A stretch of 63,282 nucleotides of DNA, the filler included, from Choristocarpus tenellus KU-1152 (taxonomy: Eukaryota > Protista > Phaeophyceae), in NCBI GenBank assembly GCA_964200185.2. It is 10 parts of 10 records of this genome, joined end to end, with 100 filler letters (N's around TTAATTAATTAA, not from the genome) between each part and the next. Parts side by side here need not be neighbours in the genome. Positions count along the whole stretch, not along the records: positions 7,524 to 14,733 come from CAXNAD020006528.1; positions 14,834 to 23,800 come from CAXNAD020004154.1; positions 23,901 to 28,167 come from CAXNAD020015395.1; 7 more parts are not named here. The stretch is one strand, 5' to 3'. The position numbers were made by a program, and so were the translations under genes. Of the stretch, positions 12,392 through 24,179 are shown in pieces. The first letter of the stretch is position 1, and each line of letters opens with the position of its first letter. The notes beneath the pieces are model-generated. The model saw only the letters and a list, made by a program, of their open reading frames with translations. It was not told the DNA's origin and made no database searches.

Positions 12392-14361
12392 TGAACTAAT
12401 GTTACCTAGGTCATTAGGTTTATCGGATCGGGGTTGTGCTAAAGAATCTCCATCACCACTCTCACTTTCATCAACATGGACGATAAACTCATTGGTAATG
12501 CCACGAAATACGAGAACTGGGATTGTAGTGAGTAATTGTTTCACTTTGAAAAATGCCACATCCTCGTCCAATCCCCATCCTGTGGCAGTTATCCTTCCTG
12601 ACACTTTTTTTAGCAAGACCAACAATCAGTTTGATGATGAAAGAGGCTAGGTTTGGTATAAATTTATGCATATAATTAACCATACCTAGGACAGATTGAA
12701 GTTCTTCAATAGTGATGGATTTTTAGGTAATTTAGTAATAGCACAAACACAATCTTCACCGATACGAATCCCTTCAGACAACAAAGCGTGACAAAGATAA
12801 CGGTCTTCTTTAGGTCCAAATTGGATCTTTGACGGTTTCAAGGTTAGACCAGCTGCTTTCAAAGTTTTAAACTGTTGATCCAGTAAGCGCAAATGTCCTT
12901 CCCATGTGGGAGAACAAGCAATCAAATCATCCATGTAAACCAGCAAACCACTATGTGGACCAAAGTCGGCAAAGGCTAACGACATGATTATTTGAATTTT
13001 CCAGGGAGCATTTGATAGCTCAAGTGGCATCCTCTTAATATTATATTTGCCTCTTAGAAGTACAAAGCAGCTTATCAATATCAGCCTCAGCAACTGGAAT
13101 TTGCCAATATGCACTCTGAATATTACAAACGTTCATACATTTGGCACCGCCCACTGTGTCAATATGAGGCTCCATATTAGGCACAGGCCAAGTCTGTCTA
13201 ACAAGATGTCAACAGTTGATCGGTAGTCTACTCAGAAACGCGGAGATCTATCACATTTGACTGAAATGGTAACAGGACTACCCCAAGGACTGGCACATTT
13301 TTCAATGATGGTTTGCTCTTCCATAGTGTTAACGCACGAGTCAATCACTTCTTGGGTATGGGAGTTTGCTCTGTACGGGTTCCTATCAACTGGTTTGGTA
13401 CCACTAGGCTCTATAGGAATTTCTGCTTCAGCTAGAGTACAACTGCCCAATTCTGCTGGATTCAATGAGATTACTGACCTATAACGAGGACAAGAGGTCA
13501 AAAAGTTGAGACCCTTGCGACTGATTGAAGGTGACATCTTTGAAAGCATTAGTCTCACCGAAAGCTTGATGCATCTCCTCTCTGATTTTATTGAACGATG
13601 CAGAATCAGAATTTAGAGCACTCTTGGTGAGGAATGTCAGATCAGAAATTGGGGTCAAGTAGTCAATATCACAACGTGTTTCTCGATACGAACCTTACGT
13701 GCTGTTGTGTTTGCCAGTTTTAAAAATGGGCTCCAGGATGATGTGTAGGCGACCAGGAGGCGGCGCACGGAAGAGATCCCAGACGGATAAAACAAATACA
13801 GATCCTACAAGGACAAGGATGGTATCACCAGCACAGGCAAAGCACTTGTGGTTCAAGTTGCTAGACGGATGTCTGAGGAGGGTTCTATCACTATTATGTC
13901 TGCTCTATTTGAAGAAATCGGGCGACTGCTGATGCTGAGGTCATGGTCACGAAATAACTAGTCGAGATAGAGATCGAATTGAGGGAAGTGAAAGCAGAGG
14001 TGGAGGGCAAAGTCGAGCAGGCCTTCACCTATGGAGGCCACTATGACGAGGAAGAAAACGCACCAGAGGCTACTGCGGCTGCAGTGCTTCGTGAGAAAGA
14101 TGAGAGAAAAAAGAGGCCAAGATGCTGAGAACAGCGAGGCTGACGTTTGTGCTGAAGCAGTGAAAGGTATCGTCAATGCTCTGAAACGCCAGCAGTGCAT
14201 AAGGAAGAGATCGCAAAGTTTGAAGGCGGAGGTCCAAAATCAACGGGAGGAAAATGACCAGTAAGTCAAAGTTGACAATCTCCGGAAGGAGCTAGTGTCT
14301 TTTGACCCAAGTCTTGTTTCACCCGCAACTAATATTTAGCAAACAGAGGTTGGCACATCTC

Positions 14362-14630
14362 TTAAGGAGGAGCTGCAGTGCAACAAGGTGGTCCGAGAGC
14401 CACATTTCTCAACTTCCCGTTAATATTTTTTCCATAAATGAGAGAGTATCGCAACTGTGCATGGATGGCTAAGTGCAGTATGTGCAGAGCGCACCCAAGA
14501 TGCACAAGTAGCACCTCAGGATCCACTTGCTTGGTGCTCTCCATCTTTGCTTTGTCGTTTGGTTTGGCCTTTGCCAGATATAACTGTGCAATTAACCTTG
14601 AAAGGTATTGCTATTTGATCTGTAGTTAAG
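14362..14630 (-). pseudogene. Possible hAT transposase fragment
   Basis: HLGCALHILHLAI resembles the hAT CxxH-LxL motif, with LTTD upstream in another frame. Very short match. Confidence 0.35.
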
Positions 14631-14833
14631 ACAAGAAGGTGTGGTGTTACAGGCGCCCCCGAAAGCTTACCTCCACAGGATGTATAGCTCCAATCTACGG
14701 GCCTATAGATGATGCTGATGTACGTATAGGACTNNNNNNNNNNNNNNNNNNNNNNNNNNNNNNNNNNNNNNNNNNNNTTAATTAATTAANNNNNNNNNNN
14801 NNNNNNNNNNNNNNNNNNNNNNNNNNNNNNNNN

Positions 14834-14897
14834 ATCGCGACATGAAAAAATTGACCCCAAATGGACAGCCGCTACCCCCTCCCAGATACTTTGAGCC
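14834..14897 (-). mobile_element. MITE family A partial copy at contig start
   Basis: ATCGCGACATGAAAAAATTGACCCCAAATGGACAGCC...CCAGATACTTTGAGCC. Confidence 0.88.
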
Positions 14898-17799
14898 AAG
14901 TCCCAGTGCTGTTCCTTTTCTTTACGACACTTATCACGCGCGTCTTTTCGCTTGCCTACCTTCCTGCCGTCCTTCTCTTTTCGCCTTCCCGTCCGACCAT
15001 CCCTCGATCATCATCATGCCCCGCAACTGCACTATCCATCTATGCTTGCTTTCATAATCATCTACATAAATTATGCAGTACTGCTTATTATATAGACCTC
15101 TAGAGTACGTACTACCTATCATCTGACCTAGCACCATGTTCACCTACCTACACATCTCAGTCCACAGTTACTTCTCGGTCCAAGGCCATGCAGCTGGGGT
15201 GGAGCGGTGCCACCCACACCCCCAGACACGTAACGTGTACCCACTGTTGCTGCCTATATCTTTGCATATATCTTTGCATATATATATACTAGTATACGTT
15301 TATACACATGCGCATGCATAGATATAGGTATCATACATACAGCAAGATGTCGAGATATAAAGACATGGAGACATCAGTGCATCAAAGTATACAAAATATA
15401 GGGCTTGGTTTGTGGTGCGGGGCGGGACGGTTGTTACCCTTTCTTCTTTGTTCCCTCTATTACACTGGCAACAATAGTATGTCTTTTGACAAAACATAAT
15501 AGTAGCATATACCCCCAAAAAAATATAATAGTGTGTTATTAATGATATGTGATACAACTCAACAACCAGCAATGAGAGGCAAAAAGATACACCCACTATG
15601 AGGGATCTTTTTTTGGTCCTCCATCCGATGACATAGAGGTCTAGTTTTATTCTCAAAACCTTCAAGTTGGAAAGTTTTGGGACGCCTCAGTGTAAGAAGC
15701 AGAGAGTTTCCTCAATGAGGTGACCACACATACATTTGCAGTAAGGACTGGAGGGGTTGGGGGTTCCGGTATGAAAGGGGCTGCCAAGACTCGTATGAGA
15801 CAGAGAATAATGTCATCACAGGCGCAAGATGTCTTTCAAGGTGTGTGTGTGTGTGATGCGCTTCAAGCTGGGGACACTGGGCTGGTGGGCAAGAAGGGGT
15901 TTCACAGATTCTTGGGGTTCTTTGCTAGCACCTCAATCACCTTTATCATAGGGTCACCTTTATTGTAGGGCCATGTTAGGAGGATAGAAGAGTGAATATA
16001 TTTTCGGAGAGATCAATATCATATAGTGGCATTGTATATACTTAGTACAGATCAAGAAGAAAGTGCATTGGAAACAACAATTATTGTTGTTGTTGTTGCT
16101 GGAATTGTTGTGGTTTCCTAGCTTTGTAGTGGTCATTGCCTTATCCCTACCCCAGACATATCTAAAAAATATAGGTGAAGGCGTAACATAATACAATTGT
16201 ATAGAAGACAATGCCTGGAAATATCTTTATTTGTGTGGTAGCATACAGGGATGTGAGCGGGAAAAGAGGGGATTTGACAGGAACAGTGGGCGACTGTCTG
16301 TCATTTGCTGAGTTTTTGGTTACCCAATCTGGGCGAAGTCATTGCTAGATTTTTTTTTAATATACAAGTCCCTGCACCATTCCAATAAATTACCACCCAG
16401 CTACTGCTTCTGTTTGAACCCACAGGGGATCCAGAAAAGTAGTGGTCTTCCTCCATCTGTCCTTCCCTAATCATCTGCGTGCAGCCCCTCTTCCCTCCCC
16501 CATCTGCCACTGTTGTGCGCCAGGAGCAACTTCAGCACAGGAGGAAGATACATGCACAGGAAGTATAAGTTTCTCCAGGAGAAAAAGTTTGGTGGCCAAC
16601 CTTTTCGGTGTGTTGGGGACATGGTGAAGAACATCCAATAGTCGAGGAAAACGAAACACGAATAAAAATCGCCCCAAATCACAATTCTCACTTCAAATCT
16701 TGTGTCATTTTTCGGCATGTCGAGAAAACCCAAACCTGAACATGATGAAAAAAGCAAATGGAAAGTGGCAGCAACAACAGTGGTGTGTGTGCCTTGAATG
16801 CTGGCGAAGTACGGGTGGGTGCAGATACAAAAAATATGAGAAATTACGCTTATTGGTGTAACAGAGTGATTTTCCCATTTCGAGAAAAGCTCAACCCTGA
16901 AGAGGTGACAATCATCGCTTTAGGATTATGGTTTTGTTAAAATAATGTGAAACTCAACACTACTGCGGTACTGTTTTACTCCCAATTTTTTTTCAATTTT
17001 TTCGTTTTTTTGTTTAGCGCTCCCTCACACTTCACCAATGTTTCAAGATTAAAGACAAATTGTATTGTTAGTAAGTTACCTTGCTTTTACTAAAGACTCA
17101 TGTTGTGTTTCTATTTTTGTCACAATTCCTCTGTACGATGAGGGTTGGGTGCGGCTGTCTTCTACCTACTCCCTGGTCAATCTCACTGATTCCTTCTTGG
17201 CGGGCCAGAAAATAAAGGTTGAATTTGTGGTACAGTGAATGTTCCCAATTTTTATCACAAACTTTACTGTACTGACCATATTGGTCTGCCAGCTCACATC
17301 AAGCTCTGCTACTCGACCTCACAGATCGTCTCCTCAGTGGCAGCCAAATAATTTTTTTCATGGTGCTTTGATTACTCTTGATCTTTCAAATTGGAACAAA
17401 ATACACTATGGGGGAATGCTGGTGCAGGCCTCCTAGCTGAGTCGCTGTGTTTGTACCACATAACAGCTACCTGTATTTATCACCCCTCCATCAAGTGATA
17501 GGTATAGAGCATAGAAGCTAGTTGAAGGAAGTGCATTGATTCCAGTACCTCCTTGTTAAAATAACCAGACTTTGTTTCCATGCTGACAGCAAGTTACATT
17601 AGTTTGTTGTGTTGAAGAGCATGTCTCATGGACTCGTGTGATTAGGCTAAAACACTATAGTTCTCATTGTACTGTCGCTACTGTGACCCTCTCACTTTCC
17701 TTGGCACTGCATCTGTGTGCCTATCATGGGACATGGTTCTCTGTCTAACCATATGAAACATCTCAGGCAATTCACACCCTACATAATGTTGGTGGGTCC

Positions 17800-20700
17800 A
17801 GGGGTTCAAGATATGCACTCTTCAGCCTTGGTATGAAATAAAGTGTGCACCAGTCGAACCCAAAGTACTACAAACAGATAAATAGCCTGCAGAGGTTGGG
17901 AAAAACTTGACAGCCAGATCAAACTCTGAGAATAACTTTGAAGCTTTTGTACTATTATTGTGAGCGGCCAGGGCAGATCATGAGGTGATATTGGACTTGC
18001 ACGATGATCATAGTGGTACAATTAGTTACCCACAAGGAGTTCCACATACACCTTACCACCCAGATTGTGGCATTGCCCTGGTCTACTTGCCCCTCACTCT
18101 TGACCTTACCCCAGTTGCAGGAATATGCCTGTTCGTGAGGAACTGATTCTCCAGCACACATATAATCCCAGGTGTAAACAGGCGGGGAATAGGTTCAAGT
18201 ATGCAGCAGCAAAGATCAGTGCATGTCCTCATGGAACAGCCATTTCAATGTCTTTGTCAGTGATATGAGAAGGGTCTTCCTTTTTCCTTGGCAGGGTGTG
18301 GCAACACTTAAGATTACCACACCGCACGTTTTGTGCCCCATCTTTCTTTGTCTGGAAAATAAACATCTGGAAGAACGCAGGTGCAGTGTTGACTAGTAAC
18401 AGAAACAAAAAAGCATCATGGGTGTAAACACCTACCACAACAATACACTCAACTAAAAGTATCATATATAGCAACTACTTATTACAACTTGCTCTTGAGT
18501 TTTCAGAACAAAAATCTGCACAAATGGTTTAATAGCACCAAAAGTTCTAATGGGAGATGGACAAGGCAATGCGTTTTACCTAAGAATCTTGCGTTAAGAA
18601 TAAAGCCTCAGATATCACTATCATATGAACAGCAGTGCAGCAAAGGTATTCAGCAATATTACAGGGCAATGTGGCAAATCACTTCATCTAGGGTAAGAAA
18701 TTCACCACTTCCCAAGGGAAAAGTATCCACCTCCCAGTATATACTGCACAACAGGGTATGGCAAATAATCATGAGATGCCATATCCCTGATCTCTCTCAC
18801 CAAAGTCAAACCATCATCAGCTTTCCCAAGTGTTACCTCTGCATTAACATCATGCAACCCCATCCCACCATTTCCCCACTCGTCCTATCCTCGATTTTTT
18901 GGACTAATTGGATGGATGTGAAGATCTTGGGGAGATCCCATTGGTATTATCAGTTGAGGAAGATCCATCCAAGGATCTATCACTGTTGCTCTGTCAGTTC
19001 TCAACTAGATCTGTGGAAGGCTTGCATCTTGACCTCGACGTGTGGTGTATTGCAAGGGTGACATATTCCTCCTTGTCAGTGGGCCGCAACGAGGGTGTAT
19101 TGGTATAGGCGAGAGACTTCACATCAGCTTATTCCACTTTGGTAGATGTCCCCTCATATGAAGGAGAGGAAGTCCCAGAGGATGGGAAGGATACAGTGCC
19201 AAGGGCAGAGTCTATTTGTTTGGGAGGATCGACAGTCTGGTCTTGTTGAATTTCCACAAATGAAAAGCCCTCCTCTCATAGAGGAATAGCTGAGGGGTTA
19301 TCAGGGTTGTGACTACCACTGCAAGGTGCCCCATTGGCACTCAATGTACTTCCAAGGGTTTCAGCATGGGTCTCGTAGGTGCCAATTGATGCTGGAGGGG
19401 GTTCAGGTTTGCAGGCCTCGTTAAGTTGTTGCTCTGGCTCTGATTCAGAGTTCTCCGACAACCCAGATGACCCCTGTCTCACCATACTCTTGTCGACATC
19501 CGTTTTGTTTGAGGGCAAGACAGGATCGCCTTTCGATGTGACAGTCAGGTCCTCCAAAAACGCCTTCACCTCGCCCCCTTCAAACTCAATTTTACTTTTG
19601 GGTGAGGTTGCTATGCCACTCCTATCCATTCTCCGCTCTTCCCCAGTAAAGTTCTCGGATACCACCCCCCTAGCCTGTAGCGTTGCTTCATCTCCTGGCG
19701 AATGGCGTGTTCGTGGTGTTTCGACTCTCAGACTTGCCCCTGGTTGAACGGTGGAACTTGCGTGCTGTAAACCTTCTCCCCACCCAGGATCCCTGCCATC
19801 AGTTGACTGGGCTTGTTCTCCTTCTGAAGAACAGTTTCGGGACCGGGTGACACCGCCCAAAGGGTTGTTGTCGCCAGCCGTGAGATTGATCTGTTTCTCA
19901 AGGGAACCCAAGTTTCCACTGAGCTCGTCCACCTTTTGGCTAGCCATTGCGCTTCGCTCTTCGATTAAATGCACAGCTTCGGATGGGTCAAACTGGATAC
20001 CAATGAAGCGACTCAGCAACAACACTGCCGAACCAACCTCACGATGCATGTTCTGCATCGTGGAGCGGATCTCATCAACATCTCTTCGTAAGCGAATCAT
20101 CTCCTCCCGAAGTTGACCCACATCATCTCCAGCAGCCTGGATCGAGCCCACCTCCCGATGTCGTATCATCGAGTAAACCCCTTCAGAACCTGTGGGTGGC
20201 TCTTCCATGTCCTCCCTGCGTTGATGCATGCCCTCCTGCTTCAAATTAATAAGGAAATTAATGAGAAGTGTAGGCTGGTCAGGAAGGGCAGACAATTGAG
20301 AAACTTCGAAACTTTTCCTCTTACCCGCTTTGACGGGCAAGAGTAATTTTTCAAGGCAAGTTCCATACATCTAGACGGGTCATGGAGGCGGCAATGACCT
20401 TCGTCTTCTTACCATCCACGGAATATGGGTTACCCTTCAAAATAGTAGGGTTTGATTTTTTCCAAGTTCATAGGTTGGAGGGAGTGAGAGGTCTAGTTTA
20501 TTTTTGTTTTATTGGTGAAACTGTTCGCCATAAACACAAACAATTCACCATTGAAGATTGGGTGAAAGTTTGGATGGCTGTTGTCCATGGCAATGTGGGC
20601 ACTAATGGCCCACCCAGTCCACTATGCAAGCGTACTCTCGAGCATACGGATCAGGTGAGCACACAGATGCTACATGTCAAGGGTTCGAGGATGGGAAAAC

Positions 20701-23440
20701 GATTCAGAGAGAAGCAGGGATACGACCCATAATTGATGTGGGCAATGATGCAAATTCTCTCCTCCTTGCCTGGCATATCGCTTGCTGAGAATGAAGGTCC
20801 TCGACCTGGCACGAGATCTCGTTCCTCGTGATGAGGGGGTGCTTCAGTCGCCCTACCATAGACGAATGTGTGTAGTACGGACTCCTACAGGCCATGGTTT
20901 TTCAAAGAGGAAGGTGAGATTGTCGGTTGATCTAGAGGGAGAACGCTCGCATTTATCGTAGCTCGGCTGGAATGGCTTGTAGGTGGATTGACTTCGTCAG
21001 CGTATCAGTTAGTGTGCGACAAACAAGTTCAGACTAGGGAGCGTCTACTCTACATATCTGAAATATATCCTAAACACCTTTTCGACATGACCAAGAGATG
21101 ATGACTCTTGGTTGTTTCGAATCTTCCTGTCACATCATGTTCACAATCCTTATTCTCCTACTTATTACCTGTCAAATGCAAGGGACGAGATGAGAGCGAT
21201 GGAACCTCGCAAAAGAGTCATTTGCAGTCCTACGCCAAGGGCAAGAACTCGTTGTGGCTGCTGAACTCCGAGAGCTACAGGTGAATCTGCTAGAACTTCC
21301 AATCAAAGCTAAATTGAGTATGCTGCAGTAGTTTCACATCGCAAAGTGTGAAGGGTGCACATCACAATATACTCTGAATAAGTCTACTATTTCCTAGCAT
21401 TTATGTCTTCACAAGCTATTGGGTATACCACTCTTAGGACCACCGAAACAGGTCTGTGTAGTACTTTATATATATATACTCCCCTACTGAAAATATCTAT
21501 CACCGCCCTATTGTCTTTCAGAGAACAAGTGCATGTACTCCGAGTATTCAATATAGGCAAAAGCACTTCTTGTGTGCCAATTTGCTCGTGATAAGAAACG
21601 TGTGTCATTCCAGTCCCACACCTTACACCTTTCAAGATCTGCGATTCGACTCGAATTATTGACAGACAGAAAGAATAGTGCTCAACAAGAACTTTCCTGC
21701 ACACTCAAGGTATTGTTTAGCTCATGAAATGTCTCCGTAGAAACTGAAATATCACTTTCCAGAACAATTGTCTATTGCAAGACCTTGCGCAGGTCTAGTG
21801 CATGTATATTACAACTTCCATGCAGGGATACTCTAAAAGACTTGTAGTTGAGTTGAGCATACTTGGATATTTCCTACATCCCTATTTTGCCTCCCCCCTC
21901 AGACGCTGCTAGTGTGTGCCTTCACAAAAATAATTCATATCCCGCTTCTTCGATTGTGAAGTTGCATACAGCCCTGTGCTCCATTAACCAATTCAACCAA
22001 AGCTTCTTCAGCAGAAATATACTTGTGCCACCTTCAATGAGGCTCTCATAACCTCATACGCAAATTGATCCTCACTGTTCGCCGCAACTGCCTTTACTAG
22101 GGATCCATCCTTGTGACCTGGCTTTTAGGCCCAATGCATTAATATCTGTTGCTAAATGTCAACATTCAAAACATGTGATATTTTCATATTCCTTTCATTT
22201 CAATGAATTTCAATGAAAGGGGAATGCTTTTGCTATCGCTTGAGTGCAAACCTTAATCAATCCTCATTTCGAACAGAGTATGAGTGCACCCTCTTGTCTT
22301 CGATGGCTGAGTGTATATTTCCACCTAGTCCAAGTGCAAAGAGTCCCTTTCACCCTTATGTATCCAATAAAGCATCTACTTCTGTTTATGCGTACTCTCA
22401 ACCCCGAGTTCAGTTGATCCCTACCCAAAACTATTCTACTCCATATAGTTTATATCTCTGCAGAACACCACAATACATTCCACAGATAACATGTCATTCA
22501 TCCCAGTACTTGGCATACACATACATTTATCTTCAGCAGACCAGTCACACAGATATTTAGACAAGTCTTGAATCAGTGCCTACTTCAACTGATAAACGCC
22601 TGCATTATTAACAAGAAACAACGATTCAAAAAGAAGGTACTAACATAACATTGCTGGTCTACCATTTGAAACCTACACGAGGTTATGCTGTGATACAGAC
22701 TTACTGAGTCAAAGCATTTAAGAGGGTAGGAGTTTTGCCCTGTTTGTCCTTTTGGGGCTGGACTTCCCACATGTATGTTTATGCCCATTTTCGATTTTCT
22801 GTGAGACCACCATTACCTGTAATGTATACGACCATGATAGGTGTGTCTGGAGCAAGGATATTGACACTTGCTAACAAACGCAATAGCTAAAATTTATCAA
22901 AATCACGAAATTGGATTTATGATCCTGAACGGACACGACCCTACCCTCTTAAATACTTTGGGTCACTCGTTTGAATCCCTTGCCAGGGAACCAGTTGTTG
23001 GAGGAAAATAAAGTAGAAAGAGAGTTAGCTCAAAATCATTTGTCTCCTATAAAGCTCTCAGCAGCTGGGGTGTCACTGCACATCTCTGCAGTTTCCAACA
23101 TCTGGTCAGACTCCTGATATGCATTCTTCCACAAGCTGAGACACAAAAAATGAGTGCGGTGGATCAAAGATTGGCCACCAATTGTATACTTAACTTGCAA
23201 TCCCTTCCATTTCATTCATCTAAGGTGTAGATATATTGCAGGAGTACTACATCACTTGTTTGATGCCAAAACCTCGAGAACATCCAGACCTTCAGGATCC
23301 TCAACCTCCAGTCCACCGCTTGCTCTCCAGAGTATTCTAATGTTCCACATGCTTTTGAGTGAATTCAGTGCCTTCTCTAACAATACTGTACTGGCACCCT
23401 TTCCCCTAATTGATCATCTGTTGGTCCTCTAAAGGCATGC
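17800..23440 (-). pseudogene. Large short-intron gene (or two tandem genes) of unknown family, decayed by nonsense mutations; includes ORF 19276-20370
   Basis: Protein-like frames read through isolated stops: ~23200-23400, 21540-22110 (SRIADLERCKVWDWNDTRFLSRANWHTRSAFAYIEY), 21169-21289, ~20728-20895 and ~18830-20238 (coiled coil LREEMIRLRRDVDEIRSTM). Candidate GT-AG boundaries are phase-compatible at the junctions I checked (~20.2-21.3 kb). Ends approximate. Confidence 0.6.
22706..22964 (+). mobile_element. MITE family B copy B3 (diverged), flanked by ACT
   Basis: GAGTCAAAGCATTTAAGAGGGTA ... TACCCTCTTAAATACTTTGGGTC. Confidence 0.85.
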
Positions 23441-23900
23441 ACCAATAAAATAGACACAGCGGTTTTCATAGAACCAGCATCAGTCAAGTCTGCGACTTCC
23501 AAAACACTCTGACCTCTTAGTGCCTGAGGTTAAAAAAATGTGAGCCTCAAATGAACCCACCTCTGTCCCCATTCCCTTCCCAGCTCTGTCACCATGAAGA
23601 TGCTTCTCGAGAAGCAGGCCGCTGCTGCAGCCCTTCTTAACAGTCCTACCCAATCCGAGGGTGCTCTCTCTCCACCCCACCGGAGTTTAAACAACAGGGG
23701 TGAGGGAGGGGGCAGTGTCATTCCTCATCAATCCCACAGCTCAGGGAGGGGTGTTGACCATGCAAACCTGGTGTCCTCCCAATCACCGTTACGAGTCCGG
23801 NNNNNNNNNNNNNNNNNNNNNNNNNNNNNNNNNNNNNNNNNNNNTTAATTAATTAANNNNNNNNNNNNNNNNNNNNNNNNNNNNNNNNNNNNNNNNNNNN

Positions 23901-23925
23901 CACCCCCTCCCAGATACTTTGACCC
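23901..23925. mobile_element. MITE family A terminal fragment at contig start
   Basis: CACCCCCTCCCAGATACTTTGACCC. Confidence 0.7.
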
Positions 23926-24179
23926 AGATACAAAGCTAACACGGACCACACTAAACCTCAACTCAAACCTCTTGGGAGCAACATCGTAATAACCCCCCAC
24001 AACAGCACCCCAAGAACGTATTTCAATGTGTCACATATACAGCGAATCCTAAGAAATATACTATCCACTTAGTAAACATCCATGCTCAGTGCAGAATCTG
24101 CACAAGAAGTAGTCAACAGTACAGAATGTGAATATGTCAATAGATACACAAAGCAACGACTGGAGGCACATTTCAGCAC

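Larger units (their letters stand above)
8760..13620 (-). mobile_element. Degenerate Ty3/Gypsy pol (RT, RNase H, integrase, chromodomain-like tail), split by later insertions
   Basis: RT: SPWGSPV, VDYR, AYWQIP, RMP..LSNAP, YMDD, GLTLKPSK. RNase H: FIVHVD, KKFNEAQ..SATLREC. Integrase: LHRCHD, TRFVVLYPLPNKEAAT, PELLHSDQ, YHPEGNG..ERVH, TPFLLLFGRQARLPVD. Chromo-like YRYRLRLCGCGP near 8850. Order RT-RH-INT is Gypsy. No LTRs recognised. Confidence 0.92.

Noticed and set aside
14031-14264. Coiled-coil-like ORF beside the Gypsy element
   Set aside because: Short, on the opposite strand to pol and without a motif, so it cannot be assigned.
18830-19278. Stop readthrough, selenocysteine or an alternative genetic code
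   Set aside because: All three stop types occur, while intact host exons have no internal stops and one ends normally at TAG. Pseudogene decay is simpler.
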